Origin: Callorhinchus milii
Taxonomy: Eukaryota
Reading direction: 5' to 3'
NCBI RefSeq assembly: GCF_018977255.1
Contig: NW_024704742.1
Span: 25,794,001-25,858,000 of the forward strand
DNA: 64,000 bases
Part shown: positions 1 to 13,641 of the stretch, in pieces
Layout: each line of letters begins with the position of its first letter
Numbering within the stretch: the stretch's first letter is position 1
Position numbers and translations under genes: made by a program
Notes under the pieces: model-generated
The model's input: only the letters and a program-made list of their open reading frames with translations
Told to the model about the DNA's origin: nothing
The model's database searches: none

Positions 1-2865
1 TTTTTACAAAATGTGCTGACCTGGGCAGGTCAATCAATCAGTCAATTAATTTGTATTGATTTTGAACTTGCCAGCAAATTTTCTGACTTTGTTGGAATCA
101 GCTCATAATATGATTTTGTTATGTCCAAGATTGGCAAATTAGCCACAAGTGGAGACTATTGATGAATCATGAGTCATATCTAATGCACAGAGATTAGAAT
201 ACATTAGAATATTCAGCACAGAAACAGGCCATTCAGCCCAACTGATCTATGCCGGTGTTTATGCTCCACATGAGCCTCCTCCTGCCCTTCCTCAACTAAG
301 CCTTCAAGGATAACCTTCTAGATTATTTAGGAATGCAAGCAGACAGGCAATAAAGACATCTTTGTTTGTGGTGGAAACAATGTAACAATTTACACTACTT
401 TAATTGAAAACTATTTCGTTATCTCCTTTTAATCCACCTCTTGCTACTTCTATTGAGACGCTTATCAATAAAATTGATAAACCGAAGAGATTTAGAGGTG
501 ATTAATAATTTAGAATTATACATTTCAGTTTAATTTACTTTAATTTAATTAAAATTAAATTTTTAATGTACCTGATGATTCTCTCTACGAATACCAAGTT
601 TCCCCTTCTTGTCCTTACTTGCTTTCACATGTGTTCTCATTCACAACATGACCATGCATCACTTGTAACAATTTCCTGACACTCATGGAAATGTTCTCAA
701 ACTGTGCTGTGATTCTATATCTGAGCATCACAACAAAGTTCCACTCATCCAAATGGTATGTGTATACATTCCAGCGCCACAGCAAACTTTTAAGAGTGCT
801 CAGCCATTCATTTAAACAAAATAAAATAATATGGTTGGTTTGCTATGAATACTGCAGCCTATCATGGCCCAAATGTTTCTTTACTATTTGCGTTAGTCAT
901 ACAGTATTGGTCTGTGAGAACTGTAGAAATGTCCTACTTCTCTGCCAAGTAAAATACCCTCCTTCATCACTTAGGGTACATTTTGCAATTGAATGGAGCC
1001 CGAGCTAAAACCACAGTCTAGAAGAGCAAACGTTTTTTACCTTAAATGGCATATTCCAACCATTACTAGTCAATAACCCTTCATTTGTACTTTGTAATTA
1101 GTGTCACACAGCTTTGCTAAGAAGCTTTTAAATGAAGTCGGCAATTTCTAGTTTTCAGAACTTTGTTAACAGTAAGGAATTGCTTTGGCCCTGATATGCA
1201 ATTATACAAGATTCTGAATTATTTGCACTGAAGAAAAGTTGGCATTTTTTTACATAGCTGGATATTACAACAAGACTCTATCTATGGCAGTGCTTTTGGA
1301 GGGGCTGTCAGTATGTTGGAAGCAATATGGAGGAAATTGGGTGCATTGAGATTGCCTTTGAAGGGAGATGAGACTTTGTACTGAATGAAAACTATGACGG
1401 AGTTATATCAGCTACCAAACACGTTTTGAGGAATTTAACAGTTTTTAGACACTAAAACCAGGAATATGACACTAATAACTACCCATCACTTTGATGCTGT
1501 ATGAAACACTACAATGAACGTGTACATATGGAATGGATGTTGGTTCCTTGTGATAATTGGGTCTAATTTGTAACAGGATTCAACAACATGCAATCCCATT
1601 ATGAAACTGTGCAAATTACACTTCAGTGTCATCACCCAGCATTGGGATGCTACCTCATTTCAATTGTTTCCACAAAACAAAATGATATTGCCAATGTATT
1701 GAGCACTGGGCAAAACTATTGTTGCAGATAACAGAATAAATGGATATCTGTTCCGTGAGTCAATGATAATTTTCAGTTTGTATTATATACTAGTGATAGA
1801 ACTTTCTTCAGTTGTTTCTTGGTAAAATTACAAATCTATCTTGTTTAGCATCACAAATTAGATAGCTGGGGGTCTTCTTAGAGCTGCTCCCTGATCTGCT
1901 TCTAAGTCTTTTGAATTTGTATCTGTATGGATGAAGTGACTGATGTTGTCACTGATAGAGGACGTTCTTACCTCACTTTTCTCTGACTGTCAGATCAGAC
2001 ACAGTTTCATGGTTTAATTCTCTTGATTGTGTCCTTTTGATAGATATCCTGCTCATTGCACCTTAGGGATGAAATTCGAAAAGTGTACATGAATTCTTAT
2101 TATTCATACCATTTTAAGTAATGTAGAATGTACCCGCATTTATGAGGATCCAACTTCAAAGAGTAAGTCCTTGAAACAATATAGAAGGAAGCAACTGCTC
2201 ACAAGTAACATCATCCAAGTGTTTGGTCGCACAAGCTAAGCGCCATAACAAGCCAGTTATGCTCAGCAAAAGCATACACTACTGGAAAAGCAGGTGCTTG
2301 GAACAGAATATAAATGGATGGTTTACTAGAAGTAAGATGTAGCAATGATGAGGTGCAATTTATAAGGAAGGGAGAGATGGAGAGAGGGAATTAAAAAAAT
2401 AATTTGCTATGTTCTTGAATTGATGTAAGTTGTTTAATGAACTCAAATGCCAGGGGACTAAAACTGGTTTACAATTACTAAGAACAATCACTATTATTTC
2501 TTTATATCAACTGAAATATAATTGATCTTCTCTGTTTCAACATTAGTATTAATTCATCAGTTTTAGTTGGAGGAGCCTGATTTACCTTGTACCAGTTGAC
2601 CACCACTCTGCTTCACTTTTCTTCGGTAACTCAAACCCTGAAAATTTGGGTAAAGAACTAACTCGCCAACAGTTTAGGTCCTGCCTTTGACAATTCTGGT
2701 TCTTACACTTCTATAGGGGTTAATGCCATGTGGTGTTCCACCAAGTTAGTTTCATGACTTGGTAATCTTGATGAAGAACCTCCTTCTTTAGCTATAAGCT
2801 ATTCTACTGTTGCTGTATGACCAACACGTTGTCTGTTGGATATCATCTCCCTGGACTCAAAACAA

Positions 2866-4578
2866 AAGAACATCAGAACATAAGAATTAGGAGCAGGAGT
2901 AGGCTATTCTGCCCCTCGAGCCTACCCCGCCATTCGATAAGATCATGGCTGATCTTCTGACCTAACTCTAATTACCTGCCCTATCCCCTAATGCCTCTGT
3001 TTTTTAAAAATCTATCAGCCTCAGCCTTGAAGACGTTCAAGCACTGAGCATCTACAGTCTTCTGTAGATGCTCTTTGTAGACCTTTCTCTTTGACCATGC
3101 CTTCAGCTCCCCTCTCGACTCTCTACCCCCTCCTCGCTCCCTCCCTTCCCTCCCCTCACCCTGACCATTCCCCCTTGCTCGGGTCCTGACCCAACTGTAC
3201 AGTGCCTTGGGACGTCCTCCCGACGTGAAAGGCGCTCAATAAATGGAATCTTGTTGTTGTTGTTGTTGTTCTGGGATAGTGAATTCCATAAATTCACTAC
3301 CCTTTGAGTGAAGAAATGTTTCCTCAACTCTGTTCTAAAAGGCTGACCCTTAATTTTAAGACTGTGACCCCTGGTTATAGATTCTCCTACCAGGGGAAAC
3401 AGACCCTCAGTGTCTACTTTATCCAGCCCTTTAAGAATCTTATATGTTTCAATAAGATCTCCCCTAATTCTTCTGTACTCTAGAGAATATAGCCCTAGTT
3501 TATTCAGCCTATCCTCATAGGTCAGTCCCCTCATCCCAGGAACTAACCAAGTGAATCTACGCTGGAGCCCCTCTAGGGCAAGTATGTCCTTTTTTAAATA
3601 AGGAGACCAAAACTGCACACAATACTCTAGGTGCGGTCTCACCAAGACCCTATACAGTTGCAGCAAAACTTCCCTACTCTTGTACTCTAAACCTTTTGCA
3701 ATGAACACTAACGTGTCGTTCGCCTTCTTAATTGCTTGCTGCACCTGCAAACTAACTTTTTGAGACTGGTGTACAAGGACACCCAAATCCCTCTGAACAC
3801 TAACACTATCTAATCTCTCCCCCTGTAGAAAATAATCTGTTTTTCTATTTTTCTACCTAGGTGAATAACTTCACACTTCCCCACATTAAATTCCATCTGC
3901 CACCTACTCGCCCACTCCCCCAGCCTATCTATATCCCATTGCAATCTTTTTGCATCATCCTCAGAGCTTACTCTCCCATCTAGTTTAGTGTCATCTGCAA
4001 ATTTAGATATGTTACATTCAATGTCCTCATCTAGATCATTGATGTAAATTGTAAATAGCTGAGGCCCAAGCACTGATCCTTGTGGCACTCCACTAGTCAC
4101 ATCCTGCCAATTCGAGAATGACCCATTTATCCCTACTCTCTGTTTTCTACCCATTAGCCACTCTTCAATCCATGCTAATATGTTCCCATTAATCCCGTGG
4201 GCCTTAACCTTGTGCAATAGGCTTTTGTGTGGCACTTTGTCCAATGCCTTTTTAAAATCTAAATATACTACATCTACTGGTTCCCCCCTATCTGACCTGC
4301 TAGATACATCTTCAAAAAACTCAAAACGATTAGTTAAGCATGACTTCCCTTTTGTAAAGCCATGTTGACTCTGCCTAATCTTGTTATGGTCTTCCAGGAA
4401 TCCCATAACGACATCTTTAATTAAGGACTCAAGAATTTTCCCTACCATTGATGTCAGACTAACTGGTCTATACTTCCCCATCTTTTCTCTCCCACCCTTC
4501 TTAAATAGTGGTGTTACGTTTGCAATCTTCTAATCAATGGGAACTGTTCCGGAATCCAGAGAATTTTGGAAGATCATT
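2866..4578 (-). mobile_element. CR1 LINE, 5'-truncated, RT C-terminal part and 3' UTR
   Basis: ORFs 3810-4481 and 3103-3786 carry YRPVSLTS, QHGF, GVPQGSVLGP, FADD and [13 protein letters not shown]; frameshifted; (TTCTTATG)n-type tail; interrupted by L2. Confidence 0.95.
3079..3270 (+). mobile_element. L2 LINE 3' fragment inserted in CR1
   Basis: KTFLF-type ORF2 end, pyrimidine-rich UTR, (GTT)n tail; TTCTG duplicated at 3060-3064 and 3269-3273. Confidence 0.85.
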
Positions 4579-5892
4579 TGGAAGGTTAGAACTTGTGCAA
4601 GGAGTACTACAGCTGCTAGAGGTCTGATGGCATTGCCAATGCAGCAAAGGGTGGACAAGAATTACCGTTGCAGATATTAGATTGAATGAATATCTTTTCC
4701 GTGAGTAAATTATAACTTTCAATTTATATCACATATTCGCAATAGAATTTCCTTCAGATCGTTTGTTGATAAACTTGCAAATTTACAAATAATGTCTTAA
4801 GGGGAGTCTTGTACTGCTGCAAACTCAATTTATAAACTGCTCATTCTGAATATATTAATCAACTGATAATAATAATCATTACACTTGATGTAGCACCCTT
4901 CACATCAGGAGAACTTCCCAAAGTGCTTCACAGAATTTACTGTGTAAATATAGTGAATGTGTACTTTGTGGGCGAACCTGACAGAAAATTTGAGCGCAGT
5001 GGTATCCGACAAGCTGCCATGAAGTGAATGATCAATTATATCTGGGGGATTGTTGGCCAAGACACAAGGAGAAACTCTCATCTCTTTTTGAATAGAGCCA
5101 AAGAATAGAGTCTTTAATGCCCACCTCAGCAGGCAGACAGATCCTCGGTTTAAGATTATTCACCTGTTGACCTGTGGGACATTGCTGTATGCAAATTGAT
5201 TGCAGCGATGGCCTACAAATAAAGCCTAAAAAAATAAACTACACTTGACAGCAATAAAAGTAAGAATTATAATACCTGGATAACTGTGAAGGTCCAATTA
5301 AAAAACATATGTGGGATGCTAATACCTCATTAGGTAAATGAAGGAAGGAGGGAGTATTCTGCTGTATTTAATCTCCCGGGAGGAGTGCAGGGGTGAGGGG
5401 GTGAAGGTGTGGGGGGTGCGAGGTAAGCAGGATCTCTTTGTAGCTGAACTGGCTCCAAGGTGTGATGCCTGGCAATGGAATGTTGGAATCAAGCCAGCCT
5501 TCTGTGGCGGTCTCGACAGAGACTTGTTAGGCCAAATGGGCTTTTTCATTGTAATATTATATGCAATTCTACATAATAAGCCTGACAGGACAAATGACCT
5601 CTTCTGGTTTCTCCAAATCCCATGATTTTAAGACTTTCAGAAAATTGCATTCCTTCTAAAGGACTTCTCGCCATTTCTCACCACTTATCACCAAGTGTTG
5701 GGCAGAAGTGTTTTCCAATTTTTGTTTGATATAAAAAAAAGCTTTTAACAGCAATGAAGAATTTGCTGGACTTTGTTTCGCTGGTTAATTACCTGTGGAG
5801 AAAATTAAAGATTTTATCTTTCACTGGTTAATTACCTCTGGTGAAATAGTAATGTTTTCCAATGTTGATGCTGAATATTTCTTAATAATATA

Positions 5893-6372
5893 TAATAATC
5901 CTTGCATTTGATATAGCACCTTATCAAGTCTTTGAGACGTGTCAAAGCACTTCACAAATTATACTGTAAAGTGAATTGACTGTATATTTTGTGAGCGAAA
6001 CACAGCAGCCAATTGTTCACAGCAGTGTCCCACAAACAGTCGTGGATTGAGTGACCACATTTTTAAAAAAATGTTATATAATAATAATAATAATCCTTGC
6101 ATTTGATATAGCGCTTTTCATGTTGGGAGGACGTCCCAAAGCGCTTCACAGAACACACTGTAAAGTGAATTGACTGTATATTTGTGGGCGAACGCGGCAG
6201 CCAATTGCGCACAGCTATGTCCCACAAGGGATTATTACCCCTAGAAAGCGATCCTCCAATCGACTAACAACTAGATTCCTACTTACTGCTAAGTAAACAG
6301 AGGTGTGTGGATTAAGGAAACTTGGCTAATGTTTTGTCCTGTCCAGGAATCCAAGCAATGCCACACTACAGA
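5893..6372 (-). mobile_element. Two tandem Deu-type SINE copies; the second has the extra central module
   Basis: Two (TAA)n-CCTTGCATTTGATATAGC tails at about 5893 and 6079; head remnant near 6320-6370. Confidence 0.85.
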
Positions 6373-7049
6373 TTTATATCATCCCTGCTGGTCTCAAAAT
6401 ACATATGCTATGTTAGTAGGACTACTTGAACTGTAAATTAGATTCATAGCAATCTACACAGTTTTGTCTATTAATCAAAAGAACAGTCAGGGTCTTATTG
6501 TGAGCCAAAATTGAACATTGTAACCTAATACCTGTACTGGTTGACAGTTACACAAATCTTCATTTATAAGCAATTATAAAGTCTGTAATATTGACAAAAG
6601 TGCAAATGCCAGCCACATTTTACCACTATTAATTACAATCATCCTTTTGATAATAATAATAATCCTTGCATGTGATATTTCATGTTAGGAGGACATCTCA
6701 AAGTGCTTAACAAGGTTTACTGTAAAATACAATTGTTTATTTTGTAGGTAACCATGGCAGCCAAGTTCCCCAGAGCAACGAATTGCATTGTTGGAGATAT
6801 CATCCTTCAGATGAAACATTAAGACAAGGTCCCGCCTTCCTGTTCAGGTGAATGTTAAAGATCCATAGAACTATTTGAAAAGAGAAGGGAGTGTGCCCTG
6901 GCCAACAATCCCCCCCAAATATAATTGGTCATTTATTTCATGTGGAATATTGCTTTGTGCAATTTGGCTGTTATGTTGACCTACAAAATACACACTCACT
7001 ACACTTTACACTGTATACAGTGAAGCACTTTGACATGATGTTGGAATGT

Positions 7050-7591
7050 TGGGGTCGAGCCAGCCCTCTGTGGCGGTCACGGTAGTCGGGTTGCTAAGCC
7101 ATGTGGGTCCGCAGTATTCTAGGGCACTGCTGATGACAGCACAACCAGCCTGGCTCATCGGCAGGACATGGAAGGGCAGACCAGTCACTGGGGGCAGGGA
7201 ATTTTATATAACACTCAGCTCCTGTTAACCCTGCAAGCCAAAGCCCTAAAGGGTAGGGTGGTCCGAGCTGGACAAGCAGCAGGAAAGCTTGCCAGACAGC
7301 ATTATCAATGACAAGCTATGCAGTTTTAGCTGGTTTGACTCCAGCAGTACCCCACCGTACACTCTGGAGTCCCCAAGCCTTGATTCTTGACAAATCTGTG
7401 CCTAATACTGTCCAGAATTAAGTAATCAGGATGGGTCCCTCCAGGGAGAGAGTGTGCATTTCATTCAAACAACCTATCTCTGGGATTTCCATCTGTAGGT
7501 GAGATGCATGGAATTCTTAGTTTGGTTTGGATACTCTTAAGCGTGGTATTGGGTTTCCGCATGTGTCAGACACCCGACTGACCAAAAAAAA
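7050..7591 (+). repeat. Unclassified dispersed repeat with A-rich end, copy 1
   Basis: Homologous to 30830-31297 and 33100-33715; ends GACTGACC(A)n. Confidence 0.85.
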
Positions 7592-9035
7592 TGCATGTCG
7601 TGCAAGGTGCTATATCAAATACAAGGATTATTGTTACAAATCACAGATTAACTAAGGTGATATCAAGGATGAATGGTTATAGATATGTGGAGAGTCTTGA
7701 AAAGGTAGTATTTTCCTAGAACAGAAAAGTTGAAGGGAAAATCCGATGGCAAATCTTAAAATTTTGAATGGGGGTATTTGAAAGGGTAAAAAGAGAGACT
7801 TCTGAATGATTGGTGAGTTGCCTATAGATCTTGTAACAGTTACCAGACTTTGCACCAAAAATCCTGTAAAGCATGTGGAGACGTTTCAAAATGATGATAA
7901 TTATTTTTTATTTATGTGGCCATAAATTGAGGATTATCTTCAGAAGAAAAAATAAGGGTGGAAAAATATTCTCCCACAAAATTGTCAAAATGCCAAATGC
8001 CTTACCAGCAGTGGCTGTTCAAGTTGAGTCCATAACTACATTTAAAAGAGAAATGGTAAATATTTGAGGAACATCAGTATTAAAAGGTTTGGAGAAAACA
8101 GCAGGGAATAGAATCAGGATAGCTACAGTAGGGAAGCTAACATTTGCATAGGCATGATGCTAGAATCCATATATCAGTAAATCTATTTGCAGTAAATTTA
8201 ACAAATGACAGCCAATTGCTATGGTAAACTGGCAATGAGCCACTTGACCTCCAGGAATAATTCTATAGTAGTTTCCATTTACTAGCAATTAATGGAAAAC
8301 CACGGAGAAAATAGGCCAGACAGTCATGTTTTAGAACGGAAGATGTCGATTAAGTAGTGAAATTGCCCAAGCTATTATTAGTACCAAGAAACCCAAATCT
8401 TCATATGTGAATCAACATTATGGTAACCAGGTAGAAATGGCAAACATTAGTATTTTCCAAACAAAAAGAAACTGCAAAGACACCTCAACTGCTTTAAAAT
8501 GTCTGCCAAAGGGAAAGCCACTGCCACCTGAGAAATTATACTGGAAGAATTAGGCCATTGAAAGTTAATAATAATAAAACTAATCCTTGCATTTTATATA
8601 ATCGGTAAATTTTTGGTGTTGCACCTTTCACGTTGGAAAGATGTCTCAAAGCATGTCACACAATATACTGTAAAGTGGAGTGACTGTATTTTGCGGGTTA
8701 ACACATCAGCCAATGCACGCAGCAGCCAATGCACCCCCAGCACTGCATTGGAGTGTCAGCTGGAGTATATGAGCCCCAAATCCCAATGTGACAACCCACA
8801 ACAGTCCAACTCACAGATGAGAGTGCTACCAACTGAGCCAATACAACTATTTTTTTTTGCTTGAGCTTGCTTCTAGTTTCTTTGTGATTGCTTTTTTTAG
8901 TATGAGAATGGAGTCTAAAACAAGATGAAGATAACCATCATTTCAAAATGATGGAGTAAAGTTTGCCGTGTTCTTCATTTATCGCTGTTGTATATTATCA
9001 CCCAGCAGTTGGCAGCAGGGCCCTCCAAGCAAGTA

Positions 9036-9352
9036 GAGTCCTGTAGCTCAGTGGTTAGAGCACTCGCTTTGCAAGTGAGAGACCTGAGTTCAATTCCAGG
9101 CAGGGCGAAACCTTGGGCAAGTTTCCTTACTCCACACGCCTAATAATAATCCCTCCAAAACTAAAAACAATAATAAAAATTGGTCATTTTCAATCTACGA
9201 CTGTTTGTGGGACATTACTGTGCGCAATTGGCTGCCGCGTTTGCTCACAAATATACAGTCAATTCACTTTACAGTGTGTTCTGTGAAGCACTTTGGGACG
9301 TCCTCCCGACGTGAAAAGCGCTATATCAAATGCAAGGATTATTATTATTATT
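9036..9352 (+). mobile_element. Young tRNA-derived SINE (short subfamily), full length
   Basis: A box TAGCTCAGTGG, TGC anticodon-like loop, B box GAGTTCAATTCC, Deu-like core, L2-like tail, (TTA)n. Confidence 0.92.
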
Positions 9353-11329
9353 CTTTTTCAGGTCCCAGTATATGCTATCATTCAAATTTGATGCAGGTGA
9401 TTTTTATCTTGCTTCCAGCTGATGGCTGTGGGTCACTCTCGTCTGCTGAAACTCTGCTGTGATACAATTTATATTGTATATAATTTGTATAGAATTGTCC
9501 CAGCACCTTGGGACATCCTCCTGACATTGAAGGCTTTACACAGATGTCATTTATTGTTGTTGTTGTATCCTTTGATCTGCTGAGATACAATTAGTTCACA
9601 ACCCTTGTGAAATTTGTAGGTAGGTCTTGTTTTCTGGCATGGAGATTTCCATTATCTAACAATATGCCACAGAGGATTGATGTGATTCCAACATTCTGTT
9701 ATCAAGCAGGTCTCCTTGGAGCTAGTTCAGTTCTAAAGACACCTTGCTTATCTTCTTAAACTGAAAGTTCCATGCATCCCACCTATACATGTGGATTCCC
9801 ATGTATTGGAAAGGACTGCACACTCTCTCCCTGGGGTAATACATCCTGCTTATCTAATTCCAGAAAGTATTACTCATAGACTGGCAAGAGCCAAGGCTTG
9901 GGAACCCTAGAGTGTATGTTGGGTTAATGCTGTCTAACCGATTAGCCAGACTGCTTAGTTAGTTACCAACAGTGCCTCAAGTAGAGCGGACCTGCCTGAC
10001 TTAGGAAACATATTCCTGAGATTGCCACAGGGGGTTGTTGTCTCCCCCTTCCCCTAAACCCGCAATAATAGTTTCTTGTTTAATGAATCATAATAAGAAC
10101 CCTTACATTTGATATATTGTCTTTCAGATTGGTAGGATGTCTCAAAATGCTTGACATGATCGGCTTAAAGTGTAGTGACTGTGTATTTTGCAGACAAACA
10201 CAGCAGCAATTTATGCACAGCATTGTCCCACAAACAGCCACTAAGTGAATGACCATTTTTATGTTGCTGCACAAAAATTAAAAGCATCTTCAACAGAGTA
10301 CGACTTCAGCACTTCCCCGGTCGTAGAGTGTATGTTTACGTGATTAATTTAAATAAGAGCCCAGGATGTTTGTGAGTTTTCTGAACGGATCACACAAAAC
10401 TGTGATTGAAATCAGCATGGTGCTCAGGGGAATTATGTTTGTGTGCTAAATGTACTTTGACCATTATTACCACTGAGTTGCATTTGACCTATCAATTCAT
10501 CACAGGCATTGAGCATTACTACCCAAGTAGAAAATCAGTAATTAAACCAATAATTAAGGTGCAGAATGGTCTAAATCAAACTCAATAGAGGGTTTGCATC
10601 TCTTTCTGAGTGTTAACTGTGTGGGCTGTTAAGGGCCATTTGAAGTGGGCTTTAATTGCTCCCCTCTGCAGGAGAAATACCAAGTCATAAATCTCCATCT
10701 ATCTCTGTTACGTATGAAAGTGCTGTAATTTATAGCTGTACTGGAATGCATTAACAATAACTACCATGCAACCACAGAACTTCTTAGCTTTTGTAAGATA
10801 TCTAGTTTTGTTTTACACAAATTACATATAATGATCAAATTGTATAATTTAATATACTTTAAAGCAATGTTGCTCACTGGTCTGAGGACCGGCGCCAGTC
10901 CTTGATAACCCCATGGTGAGTCTTTACCAGAGATCTCTTTAGATTGAGTGACCTGTCAGGCTCATTTACTAATGGAGAAGAAACTGAGCCAGTCCCTTGT
11001 GTCAAAAAGATTGAGAAACTGCTTTAAAGGTAAAACTAAAGATGAAAATGGCAATCTATATTCACCTCCTTTAATGAATTTGTGGCAGAAAACAAGGGAC
11101 TTGCTGTAATAGTACATGAATACGGCATAAAACGTAAGACATGGATAGAGGTTTTGTAAATGTGCCAAGACAGTTTAAATAGGCTGACCATTGAGAAACT
11201 CAAAGGAAGTCTAACTGGTGATATTCCTGTCTCTGACTTGCATCAGAGGTAAGTGTGTGATGCTGGTACCGGAATCACTTCCCAGCAGAGTGATAATGGA
11301 GCCAACCTGCATGGCTGCTAGCCTCAGTC

Positions 11330-12762
11330 ATCTCCTCTTCAATATCTACTTACTCCCGCTCAGTGATGTCATTCCCCAGGCATGGCGTTAAATTCCACAT
11401 GTGTGTGGATGACACCCAACTATCTCTCTCTGCCTCCACCCTCAACTCAAGGACCACTGCTGCTCTGACCATTTGTCTGTCAGACATCAAGTCCTGGATG
11501 AGAGACAACTTTCTTCAGTTGAATATTGAGAAGATAGAGACTTTGCTCCTGTCAGTGACTTTCTCACCTCAGATGCTGACAGCATCAATTTACATGGAGG
11601 CACACTCCACTTCACAGAGCCAGTACAGAACCTTGGTGTCTTTTGGGATTCTCAACTGTCCTTTAAACCCGGCATCAATGCCTTGACCCATTCAGCCTTC
11701 CCCCACCTTTGCAACTTTGCACATCTCCACCACTATTTCTTCCCTTGGGCTGCCAAGACCATTATATATTAATAATAACCCTTGCATTTGATATAGTGCC
11801 TTATCACATCACTGAGACATCTCAAAGCACTTCACAGGATATACTGTTAAGTGTAGTACTATGTAATTTGTAGGCGAAACATGACAGACAGAAATGTTCC
11901 ACCAACAGCCAAGAAGTGAATGGCCAATTTTTATTAGGGGGATTTGTTGGCCAAGACAGCAGGAGAAACACCCTTCACTTTTCAAATAGTACCATTGGAA
12001 CGTTAACGTCCACCTGAACAGGCAGACAGGACCTTGGTTTTAAAGTCTCATCCGAGGGGTGGCCTTTGACAATATAACCCCCCACCCCCCAGCACTGCAT
12101 TGGAGTATCAGCTTAGCTTAGACTCTTTGATTCAAAGTCCTGAAGTGGTTCTTGAACCCACAAGGTTCTCACTCAGAAGCAATAATAATAATCCTTGCAT
12201 TTGATATAGCGCCTTATCACGTCTTTGAGATGTCTCAAAGCGCTTCAGATAATATACTGTAAAGTAAATTGACTGTATATTTTGTGGGTGAAAATCAGCA
12301 GCCAATTGTACACAACAGTGTCCCACAAACAGTTGCGGTTTGAGTGGCCAATTGTTTTTTAAATGAATGAATTATGCTACCACTGAGCAAGACTGACACA
12401 CAATCCATGCTTTTATCACATCCAGGCTCGACGACACCAATTCTCTGCTTGCTGGACTTCCCAACTCTTCCCTCCAAAAGCTGCAGACAATTCAATACTC
12501 TGCAACATCCTTCAGCCTTTCTGCCCCCACTCTCTAGAGCCTCATCCTGGAGTAACTTCATCTTACTCCTTCCCTCACCTGCTTCAAGGTCCTTCTCAAT
12601 ACTTTTCCTCTTTGACCACATCTTTTGGTCATCTTCCCACTCCTATTGAGCATCACCCCACTCAAATTGAATCCCCAGCTTGGGTGCAAACCCTCAACTG
12701 TCTAATGCCTTTTAATGTCCCCCCAACATGAAAGGCGCTATATAAATGAAATTTGTTGTTGC
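11330..12762. mobile_element. Old L2 RT fragments (+) interrupted by two minus-strand SINEs (about 11770-12180 and 12181-12360)
   Basis: FHMCVDDTQL and DIKSWMRDNFLQLN in ORF 11363-11686; L2 tail at about 12700-12762. Confidence 0.8.
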
Positions 12763-13641
12763 TACTGGATGTAGTCAAATTTGGGTTTGATTGTGATAAT
12801 CGTTAAAAGAGCCAATTGCATTTTCTGAATGCTGCTCAAAAAGTAAGAAAGGACCAAGAGTAAAATCCCATTTCCCACATTTATCCTGTTCGCTTCTGCT
12901 TTTTTGCACACTTCGACAGCTATTTGAAATCACCGCCCCCCAATCTGATCTGACTAGTTCACAACAAGGGATGACCTCTTCATTCTGTGGAGGAATCTGC
13001 AAGGGAAGGGTTCTCTTCCGTTGGTTACACAATGTCCTTTGAACATTGGGTGACATTCCTTAGCACCATTGCTGTTCATTGCTTTCTACTCACCTTCATC
13101 CTGTTTCTTGATCCTTTCCCTTAGATGCAGCAGCCACTTCAGTTGTGGTTGAATTATCTTTCAAATACAAAGTCTGATCTTTAATACATGGTTTTGGACT
13201 TGGTGGTTTCTGCGAGATAGAAAATGTAATGATTGAGATATTCCATTAAGCACTGAATACTTTTGTAATGGAATTTTTGTAGACCCAGATGGTAAAGGGG
13301 AAGAGGAGTACTTTGAATAGAAGTAAGTTCCTTCCATTGTATTTAGACATATACTGTAGTTCAATCTCTTATAGTAACAAATTTACTATAAGTAATTAAA
13401 TAATTTCAGTAGACCATCATGACCTAAAAAGATTTCTCTCAGTATCCTTATCTGTAAAATTATATTCACCTTTTAAATAGAATCAGAAATTTACAGCACA
13501 GAAGAAATCTATTCGCCCAATAACATAACATAACATGTAGGAGCAGGAGTAGGCCATTCGTCCGTTCGAGCCTGCCCCGCCATTCAATCATAGCTGATCT
13601 TCTAATCTAACTCCAGCTAATAACCTGACCCTGCCTTATTT

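Noticed and set aside
685..1750. 107-aa ORF and adjacent coding-like sequence
   Set aside because: No recognisable homology; frequent stops in all frames
9036..9110. tRNA-Ala gene calls at SINE heads (also 14580, 18561, 28861, 39550, 60875)
   Set aside because: They continue into SINE bodies and lack a proper acceptor stem
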